Positions 54,392 through 63,396 of a stretch of 64,000 nucleotides of DNA are shown here, piece by piece (the first letter of the stretch is position 1; each line of letters starts with the position of its first letter). The DNA is taken from IMG/VR virus record IMGVR_UViG_3300030099_004448, positions 124,001-188,000 of that record. The stretch is one strand, 5' to 3'. The notes under the pieces are model-generated. The model made no database searches and was not told the DNA's origin. It worked only from the letters and a program-made list of their open reading frames with translations. A program made the position numbers and the translations under genes.

Positions 54392-55291
54392 ATGACACAG
54401 TATTTTCCAGAGTATGATCGACTAAAAGAATGTTGGGTAGGTCGTGCATACGATTCTTCGCTCGTAACTGATACATTTGTTAAAGATATCCTTGACGAAA
54501 CAGAAGAGGATCTGTCAAACTTTAGTCAAATGTTGAGAGATCTGGGAGTAGAAGTTAAAAGACCGACTTATAAAAATCCCGATGTAACTCGGAAACCACA
54601 ACTTCTACATGCACGGGACCATCTCCAGTATCTTAACGGCAAACTTTATATTGGTCCAAGGTATGAAGATAATATTGCTGATTGGTTGGAGTTGCTTGAT
54701 AATCGAACTCCTTTTGTCACTCTGGATAATCTATGCGCGCCTTCTGTAGTTCGTGCTGACAGAGTTTACTTTGATGCGGTATCATGGACACGCAAACGTT
54801 TTGAATATTTTCAACATGGGAATCCTGATCTGCCTTGTGTTTTTGAACGACTCTCTTCTCGCGATTTTAACATCGAACGTCATACAGATGGTGTATTCTG
54901 TGTAGTTAAAGAAGGTGTAATCATCTCCACCCCACAGGGACGTAACCTAGAGTATCTGTTTCCAGAGTGGGATATCTTATATCTTGATCAAAATACTCAG
55001 GATCTTAATGATATGTCGAAGACCAAGGGTAAGTTTATTTGGTCTCCAGATCAGATCCCTGATGATTACAGAGATTGGGTAGGATATTCACCCGAAACTT
55101 TCTTTGATGTCAATGCACTTGCTGTTGATGAGAAACACTTTATGTGTACTCGATACAATAAACAGGTGTTTGATTTCCTGAAGAAACATAAGGTGGAACC
55201 TATCATTGTTCCTTTCCGACATAGATATTTGTGGGACGGCGGACTTCATTGTATGACGTTTGATTTTATTAGAGATGCATATCAACAGTAG
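54392..55291 (+). CDS. Amidinotransferase (glycine/inosamine amidinotransferase superfamily)
   Basis: ARD, RHTDGVF, DVNAL and C-terminal GGLHCMT (catalytic Cys). Confidence 0.85.
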   Translation: MTQYFPEYDRLKECWVGRAYDSSLVTDTFVKDILDETEEDLSNFSQMLRDLGVEVKRPTYKNPDVTRKPQLLHARDHLQYLNGKLYIGPRYEDNIADWLELLDNRTPFVTLDNLCAPSVVRADRVYFDAVSWTRKRFEYFQHGNPDLPCVFERLSSRDFNIERHTDGVFCVVKEGVIISTPQGRNLEYLFPEWDILYLDQNTQDLNDMSKTKGKFIWSPDQIPDDYRDWVGYSPETFFDVNALAVDEKHFMCTRYNKQVFDFLKKHKVEPIIVPFRHRYLWDGGLHCMTFDFIRDAYQQ

Positions 55292-55967
55292 TCTTTATAA
55301 CGCCGAGATCATCTATGAACCTTGGCCCTATACAGTTATTGATGATTTTTTCACCAAAGATACTTGGGAAAAGTTAAGTCAAATATCGAAGTATATTTTA
55401 TCGGATACTCCCAATGAATATTTGAGAAACTCTATTCAAAAAGCAAAAGAAACTAAAGTTGGTGGAAAGGTATTCAATATCTGGGAACTCATTCAATGTG
55501 GAGTTCCCGAAGACATTGTTGAGTGTTATTGGGATGCATGTCAAGAGATTTTAGAAAACAAGGAAAGAATTTACGGTCAGTTTCCTTCTCATAAACCTGA
55601 TGTGAAGTCATTAATGAAACCATGTTTGAATTTAGACTTCGAGGGAAACTGGTATGAACCGCATCCAGATTCTGACACAAAGGTTATTAGTCTCATTTGT
55701 TACCTTGATCCAGAGGAAAGTGAAGGTACTGCATTGCATACTGACGGAACTCATGATAGTATGATACATAGACTGGATTGGAAACCAAACAGATGTACGG
55801 TTTTTTGTCCAAGTGATCACACTTGGCATTCTTTTCGATGTCAATCCAAACATAGATTAGTTCTTGCTATGTTTGTTGAACGTTATATTATCAATAGAAA
55901 GAAAATTAAAGATAGACACACATTTTCTAACGGTAAAGTCGCTGAGTTCTGGTATGATTATGGCTAA
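55275..55967 (+). CDS. 2OG-Fe(II) oxygenase superfamily protein
   Basis: IDDFF, PHPD (HxD), SLICYL, HTWHSF...R. Confidence 0.75.
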   Translation: MHINSSLYNAEIIYEPWPYTVIDDFFTKDTWEKLSQISKYILSDTPNEYLRNSIQKAKETKVGGKVFNIWELIQCGVPEDIVECYWDACQEILENKERIYGQFPSHKPDVKSLMKPCLNLDFEGNWYEPHPDSDTKVISLICYLDPEESEGTALHTDGTHDSMIHRLDWKPNRCTVFCPSDHTWHSFRCQSKHRLVLAMFVERYIINRKKIKDRHTFSNGKVAEFWYDYG

Positions 55968-56190
55968 AATTCAAGTCGGAGATTACGTCAAGTACAATGG
56001 ATGTACAAAAGAACAAATCCGTTGGGGTAATAATGATGATCCAAGTGATCAACTTGCGATTAATGGTATATATTATGTGAATAAAGTAGATATTAGGTCA
56101 TCTCATACTAAAATTTCCCTGCGTGGCATTCAGGGTAGATTTAATAGTGTATGCTTTGATATCTTGAGTGGGGGATATGATTATAAATGA
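55960..56190 (+). CDS. Small hypothetical protein
   Basis: ATG at 55960 (MAKIQVGDYVKYNGC...). Confidence 0.6.
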   Translation: MAKIQVGDYVKYNGCTKEQIRWGNNDDPSDQLAINGIYYVNKVDIRSSHTKISLRGIQGRFNSVCFDILSGGYDYK

Positions 56191-57152
56191 AAAAGATTCG
56201 TAGGGTAATTCAAAAAGACCAGAATCTTATGCACTTGACCTGGATGGTCAATAATATTTGTCAGAATAAGTGTGCCTATTGTATTCCTGGATTGAATAGT
56301 GGTAAAGGACACCATTATAAGTGGGAAAATGCAAAGAGATTCATAGATATTCTTTTTGAAAGATATCCTAAGATTCATTGTTCTGTTACTGGTGGAGAAC
56401 CAAGTATCAGTCCTTTTTTTCCAGAACTAGTTCAACGATTTGTTGATGCTGGACACACCATAGGAACAACTACGAATGGATTCAAACCTGTAGAGTATTG
56501 GAAAGATATTTCCAAGAATCTTAGTTATGTTTGTTTTTCATATCATCCAGAACAACCAACAGAAGATTTTCTAGACAAAGTTCTTTACTGTTCACTTAAT
56601 ACAATGGTGACTGTAAGAATCATGATGCACCCTAGACACTGGGATCATTGTGTAGAAGTTTATAATGATATTAAAGATATCCCAACAATTTTTGTAGAAC
56701 CTGTTCGATGTCTTGATTGGGGTAGCGTTGATAGAACGGTTCACTTATACGATGAAAACCAACTTGCATGGTTTAGAGATGCAGAGTCTTCTCTTGGTCA
56801 TGAAAAATACTTAGAAACTGATGAAAAGTTTAATAGAACTCCAGACATTACTGCCGATTTCGAGATGGACGATGAAACTATCGAGAAAGGTACAAATACT
56901 CTGGATTACATTAACTCAGGACAAACAAACTTTAAGGGGTATGTTTGTGAGGTTGGTTTGAAGAGTTTGTTTATTGATCACTCTGGTGAAATCTTCTTGG
57001 GTAACTGTTGTATTGGTGGACCACAGGGTCACATGGATGAACCAGATGAAATTGCATGGCCTACTAAGAGAGTAATTTGTTCAAAACATATCTGTCACTG
57101 TTCTATTGATGTCAATATAAATAAGTGGACTAGGGGATATTTTAGAAAATGA
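56187..57152 (+). CDS. Radical SAM protein with a Cys-rich C-terminus
   Basis: CQNKCAYC, TGGEP, TTTNG; C-terminal C...CC...C..C.C. Confidence 0.9.
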   Translation: MKKIRRVIQKDQNLMHLTWMVNNICQNKCAYCIPGLNSGKGHHYKWENAKRFIDILFERYPKIHCSVTGGEPSISPFFPELVQRFVDAGHTIGTTTNGFKPVEYWKDISKNLSYVCFSYHPEQPTEDFLDKVLYCSLNTMVTVRIMMHPRHWDHCVEVYNDIKDIPTIFVEPVRCLDWGSVDRTVHLYDENQLAWFRDAESSLGHEKYLETDEKFNRTPDITADFEMDDETIEKGTNTLDYINSGQTNFKGYVCEVGLKSLFIDHSGEIFLGNCCIGGPQGHMDEPDEIAWPTKRVICSKHICHCSIDVNINKWTRGYFRK

Positions 57153-57487
57153 GAGTTGACAAACCCTGGGGATGGTATAAAGATCTTGAGAGAACACCTA
57201 ATCTTGTTATAAAAAAGATTTACATCAAACCTTTCTCTAAGTTTTCACTTCAAAAACACTCTGAAAGGGAAGAATTCTGGTACATTATCAATGGGTATGG
57301 TAAACTGACCCTTGATGATAAGTTTCATACAGTTGGACCTGGAGATTCTTATAAAATTAAAAAAGAACAAATTCATAGAATGGAAGCCTATGCAGATGGT
57401 GTAACTTTCGTGGAGGTACAGAGTGGAGAATGCAGAGAAAACGACATCTACAGAATCGAAGACGACTACGGAAGAGAAAACTCTTGA
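57149..57487 (+). CDS. Cupin, mannose-6-phosphate isomerase type II C-terminal-like
   Basis: KPWGWY, SLQKHSEREEFW, HRME, EVQSG...E.DIYRIEDDYGR. Confidence 0.88.
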   Translation: MRVDKPWGWYKDLERTPNLVIKKIYIKPFSKFSLQKHSEREEFWYIINGYGKLTLDDKFHTVGPGDSYKIKKEQIHRMEAYADGVTFVEVQSGECRENDIYRIEDDYGRENS

Positions 57488-57620
57488 ACCACCAATTCCC
57501 CAGTTAATTGGATTGGGCTTGTTTTTCTTTGGTACACTTGGTATAATCTATGCTGGGTACGTCCACGGAAACATGCATTTGCTGACGACACTGAAAAACG
57601 CTAAAGAATTTTATGGCTAA
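57423..57620 (+). CDS. Small membrane protein
   Basis: One TM segment. Confidence 0.5.
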   Translation: MENAEKTTSTESKTTTEEKTLEPPIPQLIGLGLFFFGTLGIIYAGYVHGNMHLLTTLKNAKEFYG

Positions 57621-57764
57621 AAAACAATTCGTAAACAAATCAGGCGACACTTTTGAGTGGGAAGAAACTGAAGAAATGCGTAAAGCAGTTGCAAGACTGC
57701 ATCAAAATATTCGAGATCTAGAAAAAGATCATGGTAAAAAAGGCGGAGACTACGGAGTAGGTAA

Positions 57765-58412
57765 ATGAAAATCTTTCTTGACACTGCAGATTACGATGCA
57801 ATCTCTATGAGGTATGACACTGGTCTTATCGATGGAGTTACAACTAATCCTAGTCTGATCAAAAAAAATGGTGAGGATCCTTTTGAGTCAATTAAAGTAA
57901 TCTCGGAATCGTTTCCTAAGTTACAATCTATCTCTGCTGAAGTAGTTGCAGATGTGGCATGTGACATGGTTGAACAGGCCAAACCTTTTATGGAACTAGA
58001 TAATGTAACGATTAAAGTTCCGTGTACTGTTGAAGGTCTGAGAGCTTGTCGTCAACTTCGTGACCTCGGTGCAACAGTTAATGTTACCCTTATCTTCTCT
58101 GCTGCTCAGGCTGTACTTGCAGCTAAAGCTGGTGCAACTTACGTCTCTCCTTTCGTTGGTCGTCTTACCGATAATGGTTTTGATGGTCTTGAATTGATTA
58201 AGACAATTTATGACATCTATGTTAAAGATGGTTGTCGAACTGAGATTCTTGCTGCATCTGTTCGTAGTCCAGAAGTTGTCGCACTTTGTTATCGTGAAGG
58301 TTCTGATATCGTGACAATGCCACCTGGAGTTTTTGACCGTATGTATGAAAGTGTTCTAACTAGAGAAGGTCTTGCTATTTTCCAGAAAGACTGGGATTCT
58401 ATCAACAAATAA
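57765..58412 (+). CDS. talC: Transaldolase (TalC/Fsa type)
   Basis: IFLDTAD, GVTTNPSL, IKVP (Schiff-base Lys), NVTLIFS, YVSPFVGR, LAASVR. Confidence 0.96.
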   Translation: MKIFLDTADYDAISMRYDTGLIDGVTTNPSLIKKNGEDPFESIKVISESFPKLQSISAEVVADVACDMVEQAKPFMELDNVTIKVPCTVEGLRACRQLRDLGATVNVTLIFSAAQAVLAAKAGATYVSPFVGRLTDNGFDGLELIKTIYDIYVKDGCRTEILAASVRSPEVVALCYREGSDIVTMPPGVFDRMYESVLTREGLAIFQKDWDSINK

Positions 58413-58413
58413 C

Positions 58414-58602
58414 ATGTACGAAGAACTAAATTGTTTTGAGGAAGCACTTAAACACTTTGGCACTCGGGTTGAAATTATCTGTGCTTTAGAACTTGGTGGC
58501 AGACTCCCCTCTGAGGCTGCCTATCAGATGATCAAAGATGAGATGAAGGAACTCAAAAAGTGCCGTAAACAGTTTAACAAAGCCGGCGAGTGCGATAAAT
58601 AA
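58414..58602 (+). CDS. Small hypothetical protein
   Basis: ATG at 58414 (MYEELNCFEEALKHFGTRVE...). Confidence 0.65.
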   Translation: MYEELNCFEEALKHFGTRVEIICALELGGRLPSEAAYQMIKDEMKELKKCRKQFNKAGECDK

Positions 58603-58621
58603 ATTACACAGGTAAAGTATT

Positions 58622-59164
58622 ATGGCTGCGGAAATTACTTCCACTGGTATTCAATTCAGTGATTCTACGCAAGTAAACAGTAGGGGTTGGATGACCCCAG
58701 ATGGAACTTCAATGTTTTTCTATCAGTCATCCGCCCCTACTCATTGGGTAAAGAGCACCTCTCATGATAATAAGATGCTTAGAGTTGTTAGTGGAAATGG
58801 TGGAGGATCTGGAGGTAGTGTTAGTTTTTCTGATTTTAGTAGTAGAAGTTTTACATTTCCATATTCATCCAATAGTTCAACAAATAATAAAACTCTAAGT
58901 TCAAACCAAATTCCTTCCCATACACATAGTAATATGGGAACTAAACTTACTTTCTTTCCACAAAATCCAAACGGAACTTATAATGGTGGAGACGTAAGAA
59001 GAGGTCCTGGTTGGACTAGGAACACTAATAGTACTGGTGGAGTTTCTGGACCTTCACAACATAGTCATCCGTTCAGTTCATCTGGTACTAGTCCAAGTAT
59101 TTCCTGTAATATCAATGTTCAGTATATCGATATCATTCAGTGCAACTTCGATATCGACGCATAA
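58622..59164 (+). CDS. Tail-collar/short-fibre-like structural protein #1
   Basis: Late promoter ATAAATA at about 58596; FYQSSAPTHW..LRVVSG, PSHTH, QHSH, VQYIDII. Confidence 0.65.
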   Translation: MAAEITSTGIQFSDSTQVNSRGWMTPDGTSMFFYQSSAPTHWVKSTSHDNKMLRVVSGNGGGSGGSVSFSDFSSRSFTFPYSSNSSTNNKTLSSNQIPSHTHSNMGTKLTFFPQNPNGTYNGGDVRRGPGWTRNTNSTGGVSGPSQHSHPFSSSGTSPSISCNINVQYIDIIQCNFDIDA

Positions 59165-59204
59165 TAAATAACCATAGCAAACCCTCATCATCCCGTGAAA
59201 TAAA

Positions 59205-59723
59205 ATGGCAGCAGAAATAGATGGAACTGGTATTGTCTTTAGTGATTCCACTCGACTAGACTCTAAGTATGATATTTTTGCACAAGGAACTTCTTCCATA
59301 TTCTTTCAGTCGTCTGCTCCAACGGGGTGGTCAAAAAGCACTTCCAACAATAATAAAGCGCTTAGAGTTGTAACTGGATCTGGTGGAGGTACTGGTGGAT
59401 CAAATACTTTTACTAGTGCATTTCCATCTTCAAAACCAGTTTCTGGTAACTTCCCTATTTCTGGAACGGTTGGTAACCACACTCTAACGTCAAACCAACT
59501 TCCGAGTCATACCCATGCTAATGGCGGTGCAGTTACATTGAGTCCTGGTGGCGGAGACGTAAGATCTGGTGGTGGGTGGTCAAGAAGCACTCCAGGCACT
59601 GGCAACAATACTACTAATGCATCTTCACATAACCATGGATTTAGTAGTGGTAGTGCAAGTTTTAGTGCAAATATCAATCTTGCCGTGCAATATATTGATG
59701 TGATAGTTTGTAGTTTCTCCTGA
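59205..59723 (+). CDS. Tail-collar/short-fibre-like structural protein #2 (paralog of #1)
   Basis: ATAAATA at about 59164; FFQSSAPTGW..LRVVTG, LPSHTH, HNHG, VQYIDVI. Confidence 0.65.
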   Translation: MAAEIDGTGIVFSDSTRLDSKYDIFAQGTSSIFFQSSAPTGWSKSTSNNNKALRVVTGSGGGTGGSNTFTSAFPSSKPVSGNFPISGTVGNHTLTSNQLPSHTHANGGAVTLSPGGGDVRSGGGWSRSTPGTGNNTTNASSHNHGFSSGSASFSANINLAVQYIDVIVCSFS

Positions 59724-59739
59724 TACCTGAGTTTTTATT

Positions 59740-60099
59740 ATGATGAGATTCAAAAAAGAAGAACCAGGTAATTGGTGTCCTCTGATCAAAAAAGATTGTG
59801 TTGAACACAAGTGTGCATGGTATATGCATATTCGTGGAATGGATCCTAATACAGGACAAGATATCGATCACTGGGGATGTGCAGTAGGTTGGATGCCCAC
59901 TCTCCTCATTGAAAATTCTCAACAACAAAGACAGACTGGTGCTGCTGTGGAATCTTTCCGTAATGAGACTGTTAAAGAGTCTCAGAAGAATCGTACTATG
60001 TACGAGGATATGATGAAACAACAATCAATTATGCCAGTTCAAGTTAATCCACTTGAAAACCTTTTGGAGGCCTCTGATGAATCTGACAGTAATAATTGA
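59740..60099 (+). CDS. Cys-containing hypothetical protein
   Basis: CPLIKKDC...CAWY...CAVGW, C-terminal coiled segment. Confidence 0.7.
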   Translation: MMRFKKEEPGNWCPLIKKDCVEHKCAWYMHIRGMDPNTGQDIDHWGCAVGWMPTLLIENSQQQRQTGAAVESFRNETVKESQKNRTMYEDMMKQQSIMPVQVNPLENLLEASDESDSNN

Positions 60100-60721
60100 A
60101 GATAAAGCCATCTACGTTGATGGTTTTGTTGTACAACCTGCTGATATGAGTTGGTTTAATCCCGATGATTATGAAAGAGAGGTTAATGCAATTCAGTGGG
60201 AAGAAGATTGTGGTGAGATTGAATACGTAGAAGGACCTCCCACTCCCATCGATAACATCGACTTTTTGAAAGATGTTATCACTGTCCATCAACTTGCAAG
60301 AGAAAAATTTGAGCAAGATCAGGAAGCTTATAGAAAAGAATGTGAACTCAGTTCTCTTGTCGAATACAATGAAGATGATCCCAAACTAGAGTTTGTGGAT
60401 TATGATGAAACTCGCGATATTGACGAAGATAAACTAAATGATATTCTGGACGAAATTGATTTTGATCTAGAAGATGAACCTGATAGAGGATATGCTGAAC
60501 TAGTCCATGCAGATGATGAAGATGGTCCAGAATCTGCAGAAGATATACTTGGAATTGGGTCATTAGATCAGGAACCAGTGCCCCAAACCGAGGATAATGA
60601 TATAATGCATGAAGATCTCCGTGATGCTCTTGATACTCAAGAGGAAAGTTCATACGAGATGGAAGAGGAAGTAGAAAACCAAATCTACTATGATATTGAA
60701 GAATTACTCAAAGAGATATGA
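60077..60721 (+). CDS. Highly acidic hypothetical protein
   Basis: GGAGG SD then ATG 60077; D/E-rich C-terminal half. Confidence 0.7.
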   Translation: MNLTVIIEDKAIYVDGFVVQPADMSWFNPDDYEREVNAIQWEEDCGEIEYVEGPPTPIDNIDFLKDVITVHQLAREKFEQDQEAYRKECELSSLVEYNEDDPKLEFVDYDETRDIDEDKLNDILDEIDFDLEDEPDRGYAELVHADDEDGPESAEDILGIGSLDQEPVPQTEDNDIMHEDLRDALDTQEESSYEMEEEVENQIYYDIEELLKEI

Positions 60722-61866
60722 TTCCTGAACTCCAAGTCAATGATTATACTGTAGTCAGAAACTTCATTGATCAGGAAAGGGCAATAAAACTGGGTTATGA
60801 GTTCATGAACTTCTGTGAAGAACATGATGCTGCGGGTGATAATCAGGCAGTAAACTCAAACTCAGTTCATAATTACTTACCTTTTCTTGAGTTACTTTGT
60901 GAAAAAACACCTGAGGTGAGTAAGATTGTTGGAGAAACAGTCTTGCCCACCTATGTTTATTCTAGGGTGTATAAGAATGGTTCTGACCTAAAACGACATA
61001 CTGATAAGGATGAGTGTGAGATTTCTCTTACACTCAATTTGTGTGCAGATAGACCTTGGAAAATATGGATTGAAACTCCTAGAGGAGAAAGGAGATCTGT
61101 GATGCTTGCTCCTGGAGATGCCATGTTCTATCATGGATGTAATGCACCACACTGGAGAGATAACTATACAGGAACATACTACACTCAAGCATTTCTACAT
61201 TATGTGTATAGTAGAGGTGAACGTGTTAACTCTTACTTCGACAAGAATCGACCAGGTGTAAACAACTTTGAACAGAAATCACCAAAACTTTTAGTAGAAC
61301 CAGGAAGAGGAGAATCAATGATCAGTGATTATATCATGGTAATCAAGGGACTTGTGCCTGAAGATCTGTGCGATGATATTCTAAAAGAATTTCCAGAAGA
61401 CTCTGTTTATTGGGATCCTTCTACCGTGGGTGCTGGTGATGTCCGTGAAGATATCAGAAGTTGTAATACGATTGGATTATCTAGACTTCCACATCAAAAT
61501 TTGGTGTATGAAAATCTAGACTCTAGAATGTTTGAGTGTGCAGCAGAAGCTATCAGACAATATAGAGAACGTTGGCCAGGTGTAGAAACAGAAATCGATA
61601 CTGGTTACGATCTACTTAGATATAGAACTGGAGAGTTCTACACTCAACATACAGACTCATTCAAAGAACAACAAAGATCTGTAACTTGTTCTTTTCATCT
61701 CAATGATGACTATGAAGGTGGTGAGTTTGCCTTTTTCAATAGAGAAAAGGTATATAAATTTGAGAAAGGTGATGCGATTCTTTTCCCATCAAACTTCATG
61801 TTCCCGCATGAAATCTTGCCTGTAACTTCTGGAACACGCTACTCTATTATTACTTGGTATGTCTGA
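60718..61866 (+). CDS. Two-domain 2OG-Fe(II) oxygenase (C-terminal prolyl-4-hydroxylase-like)
   Basis: Domain 1: RHTD..EISLTL..HWR. Domain 2: QHTD..LNDDYEGGEF..FPSNFMFPHEILPVTSGTRYS. Confidence 0.88.
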   Translation: MIPELQVNDYTVVRNFIDQERAIKLGYEFMNFCEEHDAAGDNQAVNSNSVHNYLPFLELLCEKTPEVSKIVGETVLPTYVYSRVYKNGSDLKRHTDKDECEISLTLNLCADRPWKIWIETPRGERRSVMLAPGDAMFYHGCNAPHWRDNYTGTYYTQAFLHYVYSRGERVNSYFDKNRPGVNNFEQKSPKLLVEPGRGESMISDYIMVIKGLVPEDLCDDILKEFPEDSVYWDPSTVGAGDVREDIRSCNTIGLSRLPHQNLVYENLDSRMFECAAEAIRQYRERWPGVETEIDTGYDLLRYRTGEFYTQHTDSFKEQQRSVTCSFHLNDDYEGGEFAFFNREKVYKFEKGDAILFPSNFMFPHEILPVTSGTRYSIITWYV

Positions 61867-62632
61867 TAAACTTAAAGGTCTCCCAATGGTATATTGGTTG
61901 AGTTGTGATATTGATAGGATTGCTCGTATGGAATCCCAGTTTGAAAAGTGGGGTATCCAAAATCAAAAATTTTGGTTCGGTAATCTAAAACCAGATCATT
62001 ATGAAGTATGGAAAGATAAAGTATTCAAACCAGAATTAATTCACCCAAAAGATTATCTATCCACATGTATTACGATCTCTACACTTGAGATGATTCGTTA
62101 TTGGTTGGAGAATACCAATGACAAATATCTGATTCTAATGGAAGATGATTATGATTTAGATCTGATCGAGTATTGGCATTTCGATTGGAAAACTCTGATG
62201 AAGAATCTTCCTTATGATTGGGATTGTATTCAGTTGGGATTTGAATCGCAGGAATATGTTTCTTTCTTCCTTCATCCAAAGACAAGACATAGTGCCTTTG
62301 GACCTGTAATGATCAATAGGTGGTTTGCGGAAAAACTACTTCGTATTCATACAGTTCAGGGAAAATACTTTTTCCTCCGAAGATTTGCGGGATATCCTGG
62401 AATTCGTTCACTTGATGTTGATCACTTTTTTGGATTTGTTGGTAGAACATACCAGTTACCACTTATCACTCAAGATCCTTACCTAGATAAAGTGCCAAAG
62501 AAACATCACTTTGTCTGCAGAGATCTTTACTATGATTGGTGGGAAAACGAGAGAGATAAGTTTACTCTTAAAGAATTCTTCACTTATGGTAAACCCAACG
62601 ACGGTGACATGACCAAAATTGTTGATCTATGA
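61859..62632 (+). CDS. GT25-like glycosyltransferase #1 of terminal trio
   Basis: LILMEDD, LPYDWDCIQLG. Confidence 0.75.
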   Translation: MSDKLKGLPMVYWLSCDIDRIARMESQFEKWGIQNQKFWFGNLKPDHYEVWKDKVFKPELIHPKDYLSTCITISTLEMIRYWLENTNDKYLILMEDDYDLDLIEYWHFDWKTLMKNLPYDWDCIQLGFESQEYVSFFLHPKTRHSAFGPVMINRWFAEKLLRIHTVQGKYFFLRRFAGYPGIRSLDVDHFFGFVGRTYQLPLITQDPYLDKVPKKHHFVCRDLYYDWWENERDKFTLKEFFTYGKPNDGDMTKIVDL

Positions 62633-63396
62633 AGTTATCCAATCTACCTCCCATCTATTATCTCAACCTTCAGGAGAGGGAGGAGAGACGAGAATACATG
62701 GAGAAACAATTTAAGAAATATGAGATCCGCAAGTGGAGGCGCTGCAACGGATCCATTTTTGGGGAGGAAAATTTTCCTGAGTGGAAAAAGTTAGTTCTGG
62801 ATTCTCAATTTAAGACTCAAAAGAGATTTTATAGTGTATTATTGAATCGATCTGAGATGATCGCCAACTTTCTTTTTGACCTAGATTCTGATGTTGTTCT
62901 TCTATTAGAGGACGACTTGTCTTTTCATACGGAGAGATATTTAAACTTTGAGTGGGAAGAGTTTATCGAACGTCTACCCCATAATTGGGACTGTGTTCAA
63001 CTTCATATCATCGGTGAGAAGTTCATGCCCTTGACACTTTCTCCTTGGTCTGTGAACAATCATAGTGCTGCAGCAATCCTAATCAATAAAAGATATGCAG
63101 ATAAGTATGTGAATATGTTCATGGAAAATGGTAAGTGGAGATTTTTGAATAACTACGGGTATAGTAATGATCTTCCCGAGTATCATTATCACTCTGCAGA
63201 CTTCATCCCATATCAAGTGGGTACGACTTATTCTTTCCCTATGTTTGTGACCAACTCTAAGTTTGAGAGTGATGGCTCTGGAATCAATGCTTTGGCTAAA
63301 CGATCTGACGCAACTGTGTTAGAATGGTGGAAGAATAATGAAAAGAGTTTGGAAGAAATGATGTATCTTGATCGTCCTATGTTTGCCCAACTATGA
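62629..63396 (+). CDS. GT25-like glycosyltransferase #2
   Basis: YYLNLQEREERREYM, LLLEDD, LPHNWDCVQL. Confidence 0.8.
   Translation: MKLSNLPPIYYLNLQEREERREYMEKQFKKYEIRKWRRCNGSIFGEENFPEWKKLVLDSQFKTQKRFYSVLLNRSEMIANFLFDLDSDVVLLLEDDLSFHTERYLNFEWEEFIERLPHNWDCVQLHIIGEKFMPLTLSPWSVNNHSAAAILINKRYADKYVNMFMENGKWRFLNNYGYSNDLPEYHYHSADFIPYQVGTTYSFPMFVTNSKFESDGSGINALAKRSDATVLEWWKNNEKSLEEMMYLDRPMFAQL

Noticed and set aside
14733-55291. Saxitoxin-like cluster (carbamoyltransferase ~SxtI, amidinotransferase ~SxtG, dioxygenases)
   Set aside because: The genes are about 40 kb apart, and there is no SxtA-like PKS or other core gene. Family-level similarity alone does not imply the pathway.
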